Shown one piece after another: positions 35,700 through 42,009 of a stretch of 42,009 nt of DNA (position 1 is its first letter; each line of letters begins with the position of its first letter). The position numbers and the translations under genes are program-made. Below the pieces are notes generated by a model. The model worked only from the letters and a program-made list of their open reading frames with translations. It was not told the origin of the DNA and made no database searches. The stretch lies in the sequence record SRR22947725_1543; one strand, 5' to 3'.

Positions 35700-37220
35700 A
35701 TGAAAAATAAATTTTTAGCTATCACCGCCATAACACTTGGTCTTTGCCTTAATTCAACAGCTCAAGATTGGCCTCAATGGGGACAGACAAACGACCGCAA
35801 TATGGTCTCTCCTGCCAAAAATATCCCTGCTACTTTTAACCCAGGAAAATGGGATGATGACAAAGAAGACTTCACCACTGAAGGACGGAAGAATATTCTA
35901 TGGGTTCACAAACTAGGCTCTCAAACTTATGGTAACCCAACGGTAAAAGATGGCCAAGTCTACATTGGTACTAATAATGAAATCCCTCATAACCCAGCCA
36001 TCAAAGGAGATCGCGGTGTCGTTCTTTGTCTTGATGAGAAAACTGGTGCCTTTAAGTGGCAATTAACCGTACCTAAAATGGATTCCGGTAAAGTAAATGA
36101 CTGGGAATACCTTGGTATTTGTTCATCTCCTACTATCGATGGCGATAAAGTTTACGTCATGACCAATAGATGTGAAATCATTTGTCTCGATGCTAAAGGC
36201 ATGAGCAATGGCAATCAGGGATTCCAAAAGGAAGAAGAGTATATCAACAGCGTTAGTGGTAAAAAAACGAACGTAAAAGTCGGTAACACAGATGCCGATA
36301 TTTTATGGTATTACGATATGCGTGAAGAACTAGGAGTCTTCCCTCACAATGCCACCAGCTCGGCGCCACTAGTTGTCGGCGACAAAGTCTACTGCAATAC
36401 ATCAAACGGTGTAGATTGGTCACATAAAAATATTCCTTCGCCATTTTCACCAGCTGTCATTTGTCTCGATAAAAATACTGGTGAACTCGCGGGTGAAGAG
36501 ATGTCCGGCATTTCCGAAAGAATCATGCACGGTAGCTGGTCGACTCCTACCCACGGTAAAACAAAGAAAGGTGATCTGCTTTTTTATGGGGCTCCTGACG
36601 GTTTTCTCTATGCATTTGACACCAAGCCCGTCATGAATAAAGAAGAAGAGCTCATGCAACTCAAAGAGACTTGGCGCATAGATTGTAATCCCCCAAGCTA
36701 CCGCTTTAAAAATGGCAAAGCGATAAAATATGCTAAGCCAGAAGGCCCAAGCGAGATTATCTCAACACCAGTTTTCTATGACGACAAAGTTTATATTCCT
36801 ATTGGTCAAGACCCTGAACACGGTACTGGTCTAGGCAATTTTGTCTGTGCCGACGCCGTCACCGGTAAAGCTCTTTGGCAAACTCAAAAAATTAATCGCT
36901 CCATTTCGACTCCTTCAATTACAAAAGACTTAATCTTTATTGCCGACTTCAACGGTGTTCTTCATTGCATGGATCGACACACTGGTAAAACATACTGGAC
37001 ACACGATACAGAAAGCCATATCTGGGGCTCTACAATTGTTGTCGATGGTAAAGTTTACATTGGCAATGAAGATGGTGAGCTCTATGTTTTTGAAGCTAAA
37101 AAAGAGAAAAAAGAACTCGCCAACATATATCTAGAAGCTTCTATCTTTGGATCGCCAATTGTTGCCAATGGTGTTCTCTATGTTGCAACGCAAACTCATT
37201 TATTTGCCATAAAGCAATAG
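35700..37220 (+). CDS. Secreted PQQ-binding-like beta-propeller protein; start reassigned to 35700
   Basis: Signal peptide then QDWPQWG...RN, LGSQTYGNP, CLD..TG...W repeats, P.VANGVLYV.T..HLFAI. Confidence 0.9.
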   Translation: MKNKFLAITAITLGLCLNSTAQDWPQWGQTNDRNMVSPAKNIPATFNPGKWDDDKEDFTTEGRKNILWVHKLGSQTYGNPTVKDGQVYIGTNNEIPHNPAIKGDRGVVLCLDEKTGAFKWQLTVPKMDSGKVNDWEYLGICSSPTIDGDKVYVMTNRCEIICLDAKGMSNGNQGFQKEEEYINSVSGKKTNVKVGNTDADILWYYDMREELGVFPHNATSSAPLVVGDKVYCNTSNGVDWSHKNIPSPFSPAVICLDKNTGELAGEEMSGISERIMHGSWSTPTHGKTKKGDLLFYGAPDGFLYAFDTKPVMNKEEELMQLKETWRIDCNPPSYRFKNGKAIKYAKPEGPSEIISTPVFYDDKVYIPIGQDPEHGTGLGNFVCADAVTGKALWQTQKINRSISTPSITKDLIFIADFNGVLHCMDRHTGKTYWTHDTESHIWGSTIVVDGKVYIGNEDGELYVFEAKKEKKELANIYLEASIFGSPIVANGVLYVATQTHLFAIKQ

Positions 37221-37229
37221 GTCACAAAC

Positions 37230-37475
37230 ATGAATAAAAAAGCGCGAAACGCCGTTCTCGCGGGCGTCCTTGTACTTATGGCACTGCATCATGACTTTTG
37301 GCTTTGGGATGATAAAACCTTAGTTTTTGGTTTTCTTCCTTCTGGTCTAGCTTGGCATGCAGCTTATTCCCTTGTTGCCGCAGCATTTTGGATTCTCGTT
37401 ATGAAGTACGCCTGGCCAACGCAAATTGAAGAATTTGCCGAATCTACTGAAGTTAACGATGGAGAGGATAAATGA
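37230..37475 (+). CDS. DUF3311-like small membrane protein (symporter partner)
   Basis: LHHDFWLWD...VFGFLP.GL.WH; two TMs; stop overlaps the symporter start. Confidence 0.8.
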   Translation: MNKKARNAVLAGVLVLMALHHDFWLWDDKTLVFGFLPSGLAWHAAYSLVAAAFWILVMKYAWPTQIEEFAESTEVNDGEDK

Positions 37476-38944
37476 GCACTCCCTTAATTATCGTTTTCAT
37501 TTATCTTGGGCTACTTTTATGCCTTGGAGTTGGCAGTAGCTTTTTCTCTAAGAAAAGCGACTCAAGTGAATATTTCAAAGCCAGTAACTCAGTCGGCCCT
37601 ATTCTACTTTTACTCACTGTCTTTGGCACAACAATGACTGCGTTTGCACTCGTTGGCAGTTCTGGTGAGGCTTACAAAAAAGGTATTGGAGCTTATGGTC
37701 TTATGGCCTCCTGGTCTGGTCTAATCCACTCGGCAGTCTTCTTTTTAGTGGGTATAAAACTATGGGCCTTTGGCAAAAAATATGGTTATAGCACTCAAAT
37801 TCAATTCTTCAGAGAAAGATACGAAAGTCGAGCGCTTGGCTTCATGCTTTTCCCCGTTCTCGTTGGTTTAGTTATTCCTTATCTGCTTATTGGGGTCATT
37901 GCTGGTGGTGGAGCCCTTGCTGGAATTTCTAAAGGGATGTTCTCCCCTGCTGCTGCAGGTGCTTTAATATGTAGTGTAGTCCTTGTCTATGTCTTCTTCG
38001 GAGGGATGCGTGGTACAACATGGGCCAACGCCATGCAAACGCTGGTGTTTATTATCACAGGTATGATCGCTTTCTATATGATATCTGATAAACTTGGTGG
38101 CATGCAAGCCGCTTCCGAAGCAGTCTTAAATTCGGCCAAAGCCTCACATATGGCTCGTGAAGGGCACTATGGTCACGCAGAATTCTTCAGCTATCTGTTA
38201 ATTCCACTATCGGTAGGGATGTTCCCCCACCTCTTTCAACATTGGCTAACAGCTAAATCGGCCCAGTCATTTAAGCTCTCAGTCGGGCTTCATCCCATCT
38301 GTATCATGCTCGTCTGGGTTCCTTGTGTCTTAATTGGAGTATGGGCGACAACAGTTGTTTTGACTCCTCCAAAAGGACCGGTACTTGTCGAAATGATTAA
38401 AATGCTGAAGTCACCTATCATGGGAGGCATACTCAGTGCAGGCATCTTAGCGGCTATTATGTCCTCTTTAGACTCACAGTTTATGTGTGTCGGCACCATG
38501 TTTACCAATGATGTCCTCTTCAATATCAAGGATGAAAAAACGTTTACAGATAAGCAAAAAATATGGGCTGGTAGAGGATTTATTGTTGCCATTGTCATTG
38601 TAACCTGGCTTATTGCTCAGGTAGCTCCTAAAGATGTCTTCAAAATGGCCGTTTGGTGCTTTACTGGCTTTGCGTCACTTTTCCCCATAGTATTTGCAGC
38701 CCTATACTGGAAAAGAGCTACAAAGTTTGGCGCTATGGCTTCACTGATCACAACGGCACTTATCTGGAGCGTGCTCTTTTTCAGAGCAGCTGGTGCCAAA
38801 TTTTCTCACGAAACTCAACTCATTGCCGGAGTTATGCCAGTCACATTTATTTTTAGCGCTTCAGCAATCGCCATGCTTATCGGCTCATTGTTGTCACAAC
38901 CACCAACTGAAGAAACTGTCAAAAAGTTCTTCCCGGAAAAATAA
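37472..38944 (+). CDS. Sodium:solute symporter family protein
   Basis: About 13 TMs; YVFFGGMRG..W....Q, AAIMSSLDSQ, ALYWKRAT..GA. Confidence 0.93.
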   Translation: MSTPLIIVFIYLGLLLCLGVGSSFFSKKSDSSEYFKASNSVGPILLLLTVFGTTMTAFALVGSSGEAYKKGIGAYGLMASWSGLIHSAVFFLVGIKLWAFGKKYGYSTQIQFFRERYESRALGFMLFPVLVGLVIPYLLIGVIAGGGALAGISKGMFSPAAAGALICSVVLVYVFFGGMRGTTWANAMQTLVFIITGMIAFYMISDKLGGMQAASEAVLNSAKASHMAREGHYGHAEFFSYLLIPLSVGMFPHLFQHWLTAKSAQSFKLSVGLHPICIMLVWVPCVLIGVWATTVVLTPPKGPVLVEMIKMLKSPIMGGILSAGILAAIMSSLDSQFMCVGTMFTNDVLFNIKDEKTFTDKQKIWAGRGFIVAIVIVTWLIAQVAPKDVFKMAVWCFTGFASLFPIVFAALYWKRATKFGAMASLITTALIWSVLFFRAAGAKFSHETQLIAGVMPVTFIFSASAIAMLIGSLLSQPPTEETVKKFFPEK

Positions 38945-38949
38945 AATCA

Positions 38950-38971
38950 TGGCCGGACTCTCATCCGGCCA
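38950..38971. terminator. Hairpin between convergent genes
   Basis: TGGCCGGA-CTCTCA-TCCGGCCA. Confidence 0.55.
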
Positions 38972-38977
38972 GTAAGC

Positions 38978-39859
38978 CTAATTATAGTTGATACGAATAT
39001 CGCCAGCAAATTCAATCTTTAGCCACTTAACTTCTGATAAAGGGACTTCAGAGCCTTCGACATCGACATTCATAAGTTTAGTACATTTCGCTAAGGGTTT
39101 TAAACTCTTCATATTTGACGCTAAGCAGGTAAACCTAGTTAAACCACTTAGAGTCGCAAGGACCTCATAGCCATCCGCTTGGATACTGTCGATCATTAAG
39201 TTCTCAATTTGCTTCATGCCAGATAAGCCACTTAGGTCGGTTACTTCGCCATCAGACAGGTTTAAATACTTCAGTTTGCTTAAGTACTGCAAAGCCTTTA
39301 AATCCATCACCTCCGAAAATGACATATCGAGCCAACTTAAATCACGGTAGTTTTTTATCCCGTCCAACTTTTTAATAGATGAACCTGAAATATTGAGTTT
39401 CTTGAGCCCTTTTAACCCTTTAATATCATTTAATGATGTCACATCGACGCTATCTATATTTAAATCTTCTAGTCTTCTCAAACTAGAAAGCCCTTTCAGT
39501 TCCTTAAGATTTTTTGAGCCTTTGACACTTAAGACCTTGAGGTTCCTTAAACTCTTCAAAAAAGAACTACTGGTGACGTTAACATCCTCTAAGTAAAGCT
39601 CTTCTAAATCACGCAAGTATTTTAACGGGCTAAAATCTTTAATATCCTTATTCCCCGAAAGGTGCAGGATTTTCACTTTCTTTAACTTTTTGAAATTGCC
39701 TATGTCTTTGATATTTTTTGAAGCAAAATTGAGTTCTGTTTTTTTTGCATGAGAAGAGATGTCACTCACAACTCCTGATTTATCGACCTTTTGTCCATAA
39801 CAGACCCCACTGATAAAAAATAAGAGGCACAAACAGCAACTGACATTGAGATGTTTCAT
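38978..39859 (-). CDS. Secreted leucine-rich repeat protein (internalin-like)
   Basis: Signal peptide; about ten 22-23-aa repeats of the form LxxLxxLxxLxLxx. Confidence 0.9.
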   Translation of the reverse strand: MKHLNVSCCLCLLFFISGVCYGQKVDKSGVVSDISSHAKKTELNFASKNIKDIGNFKKLKKVKILHLSGNKDIKDFSPLKYLRDLEELYLEDVNVTSSSFLKSLRNLKVLSVKGSKNLKELKGLSSLRRLEDLNIDSVDVTSLNDIKGLKGLKKLNISGSSIKKLDGIKNYRDLSWLDMSFSEVMDLKALQYLSKLKYLNLSDGEVTDLSGLSGMKQIENLMIDSIQADGYEVLATLSGLTRFTCLASNMKSLKPLAKCTKLMNVDVEGSEVPLSEVKWLKIEFAGDIRINYN

Positions 39860-39970
39860 AAAAAACCTTTACTAGAATTCACACACTTCTCTGTAATCAC
39901 GTACATAATTACTTCATAAGAATGTTATACTGAAAAAAATGCCCCTTTTGACAATTCTTAGTAAAAAATT

Positions 39971-40630
39971 ATGCAATATCTTAATAAAAAAAATCAGTCT
40001 AAAGCAGATTTCTCGTGGATGTCCTCCTTCTACGATTGTCTTGGGCATGTTTTTTTAGGTGGAAATTTACATCGTTCACAAATTGCACTTTTAGATCATT
40101 TACCTCAACAGCCAAACTCTGTTCTGATTCTTGGGGGCGGCACAGGAAAATTCCTTATTGATTTAATAAACCATAGTTCGCCACTGCAAATAACTTATGT
40201 AGATATCTCGCCAGGAATGATTCAAAAGGCTAAAAACAAGATTCGGAAGTTGAGTAAAAGCACTCAACAAATTGAGTTTATTTGTGGTGAATTAAAGGAC
40301 ACTCCTGATCATAAGTATGACCTCATCATTACTCATTATTTCCTGGATTGCTTTACACAGAATGAATTTATTATAATCGCCGAAGAAATAAAGGCGAAAA
40401 TGGCCACGAATGCCTACTGGTCTATGGTTGATTTCCATGCCGGCAAAAAGTCTACGCTCTTTAAGAAAGTCGTCATAAAATTTCTATACAGCTTTTTCCA
40501 GATGTCATGTGGAATTCAGGCAACTTCGCTGCCGGATTTTGAGAGTTGGTTTCAAACCCATTTCAAAGAAGACAAAAAGCTGTTCTTCTGTAGAGGGCTT
40601 TTAAAAAGCTCAATATATAAAAATTTTTAG
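39971..40630 (+). CDS. Class I SAM-dependent methyltransferase
   Basis: VLILGGGTG, YVDISPGM, YDLIITHYFLDCF. Confidence 0.85.
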   Translation: MQYLNKKNQSKADFSWMSSFYDCLGHVFLGGNLHRSQIALLDHLPQQPNSVLILGGGTGKFLIDLINHSSPLQITYVDISPGMIQKAKNKIRKLSKSTQQIEFICGELKDTPDHKYDLIITHYFLDCFTQNEFIIIAEEIKAKMATNAYWSMVDFHAGKKSTLFKKVVIKFLYSFFQMSCGIQATSLPDFESWFQTHFKEDKKLFFCRGLLKSSIYKNF

Positions 40631-41031
40631 CAAGTCTCTGCTGCTAGGCGACAACGATAGGCTTTTTCTAAATCATCCGGTAAAACTAATTTAAGGTGAT
40701 CTAGTAGGTCATCTGGTTCAACTTCAAGGCCGCCATCATCAGACACCCAATTTAAGCAGCACACTACATTTTCATCACCCATATTCGGCAACCAATGAAA
40801 CATCAATTCATATAAACTCAAGGCTTCTGTTTCTAAGTCCTCGAATTCACCACTTCTTTCAGTTTCTGCCGCCACGCAATCGGACCATAAAAGAATACTC
40901 ATGCGCCCCTCATACTCAACTGAATTTTGACAGGCCATACCTACATCATTCTGTAAGAGCCATACTTTTTCTTGAGTTAAAGCTTCTTGTAAAAAGGCTT
41001 CGTATTCTTTTTGAATATCTTCGTTGCTCAT
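40627..41031 (-). CDS. DUF2750 domain protein
   Basis: Y..F......KVW.L, L.WS....A, L.EL...WLP.M, NW....G.EVEP. Confidence 0.8.
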   Translation of the reverse strand: MSNEDIQKEYEAFLQEALTQEKVWLLQNDVGMACQNSVEYEGRMSILLWSDCVAAETERSGEFEDLETEALSLYELMFHWLPNMGDENVVCCLNWVSDDGGLEVEPDDLLDHLKLVLPDDLEKAYRCRLAAETC

Positions 41032-41071
41032 GGATTCCTTACTTCTTCTTCAATTCTTACTACGATCTCTT

Positions 41072-41467
41072 TTAATGACTTAACAGAATAGCAGCCCAAA
41101 TGGCGATTGCTGCCAATATACAAAGCATTACTGCTGCAGATCCAAGGTCTTTTGCACGTCCAGACAACTCGTGCTTTTCAGTCCCTATACGATCGACTGT
41201 CGCTTCTAAAGCCGAATTCAAAAGCTCAACAATCATAATCAATAAAACTGAAGAAATCAAAATTATAATCTCAACGGTACCTTGTCCAAAATACAGTGCC
41301 GCCGGTATAGATGCCAAAAACAAAAAGCACTCCTGACGAAACGATTCTTCGTACTTCCAAGCTGCTTTAAGTCCCTTAATCGAATATAAAATTGTATGAA
41401 AACACCGAAACATCCCTTTCGCTGGGGGCTTAGCTTCTGTGAAAGAGTTATCATCTTGCTGTTTCAC
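41072..41467 (-). CDS. dgkA: Diacylglycerol kinase
   Basis: YSIKGLKAAWKYEESFRQE and VELLNSALEATVDRIGTEKHELSGRAKDLGSAAV. Confidence 0.95.
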   Translation of the reverse strand: MKQQDDNSFTEAKPPAKGMFRCFHTILYSIKGLKAAWKYEESFRQECFLFLASIPAALYFGQGTVEIIILISSVLLIMIVELLNSALEATVDRIGTEKHELSGRAKDLGSAAVMLCILAAIAIWAAILLSH

Positions 41468-41675
41468 TTCAGTCTCACAAAATCAATTAAAAACCTTCTC
41501 CTAATTAATCCTAAATCTTTCATATACCACCACTTCAATCATTTAAATTATAAATTCATCTCATTTTATTGAACTCTTTGTAAATAATTGTCCTTGGCAA
41601 TCTACAAAAATGACTAGATCTCGCCCTACTTTTTCTTTACAATTAAAAAGCTTATTTTTTAGCTGCGGGAGGCTC

Positions 41676-41990
41676 ATGGATTTTAACAAAATAAAAAACA
41701 AACCACTTATTACCAGTATCATATTCATACTGGTCTATCTCTTTGTTGCCAGATTAAGCCTAACACTCGCCTTTGAAAATAGCAATGCTTCTCCCATTTG
41801 GCCCCCATCCGGTTTAGCCGTCGCCCTTATTTTTCTTTGCGGCAAGCGATTTTACCCTGCTATTTTCATCGCCGCCTTCATCGCCAATCTTATCACATTT
41901 TTAGATCAACACTCTTTTGGGCCGAATATCTTTTTTAGTTCAGCTTTTATCGGGTTAGGCAACACCATCGAAGCTATAATAGCTTTTTAA
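41676..41990 (+). CDS. MASE1-domain membrane sensor, N-terminal part (apparently truncated or frameshifted near window end)
   Basis: GGGAGG RBS before ATG 41676; Y...ARLSL, SPIWPPSGLAVA, PAIFIAAFIAN, GNTIEA. The stop falls in a T-run mid-domain. Confidence 0.8.
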   Translation: MDFNKIKNKPLITSIIFILVYLFVARLSLTLAFENSNASPIWPPSGLAVALIFLCGKRFYPAIFIAAFIANLITFLDQHSFGPNIFFSSAFIGLGNTIEAIIAF

Positions 41991-42009
41991 TTGTAAAGAA
42001 AAAGTAGGG

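Noticed and set aside
1-42009. tRNA, rRNA, IS elements, prophage or known defence systems
   Set aside because: No such signatures were seen in the ORFs or intergenic gaps.

Overview
Gene-dense, AT-rich bacterial chromosomal window. The gene repertoire (ECF sigma plus membrane Ser/Thr kinase pair, sulfatase, HEAT-DUF1080 protein, paired PQQ-type beta-propellers, futalosine-pathway mqnA) suggests a PVC-superphylum organism, most like Lentisphaerae; this is inference only. In order, the window holds: tatC (partial) and tatA; an ECF sigma/LRR-kinase pair; a menaquinone operon (polyprenyl synthase, ubiX, mqnA, menG/ubiE); a GT8+GT9 fusion behind a consensus sigma-54 promoter; a Tat-exported Gfo/Idh/MocA oxidoreductase with a HEAT-DUF1080 protein; an SGNH hydrolase; a GntP-sulfatase-Zn dehydrogenase-SDR sugar-acid operon; MATE, DUF1499 and HAD genes; a Zn-ribbon pseudokinase cluster; a 1488-aa autotransporter; a prenyltransferase-repeat protein; two beta-propellers with DUF3311 and a sodium:solute symporter; an LRR protein; a methyltransferase; DUF2750; dgkA; and a truncated MASE1 gene. 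I saw no rRNA, tRNA, CRISPR or mobile element. The most notable observation is that the ECF-coupled kinase lacks the beta-3 catalytic Lys (VALT) but has a Lys in place of the last Gly of the P-loop (ARGGMKEVY), the same swap that defines eukaryotic WNK kinases. All calls come from reading motifs by eye; no searches were run.
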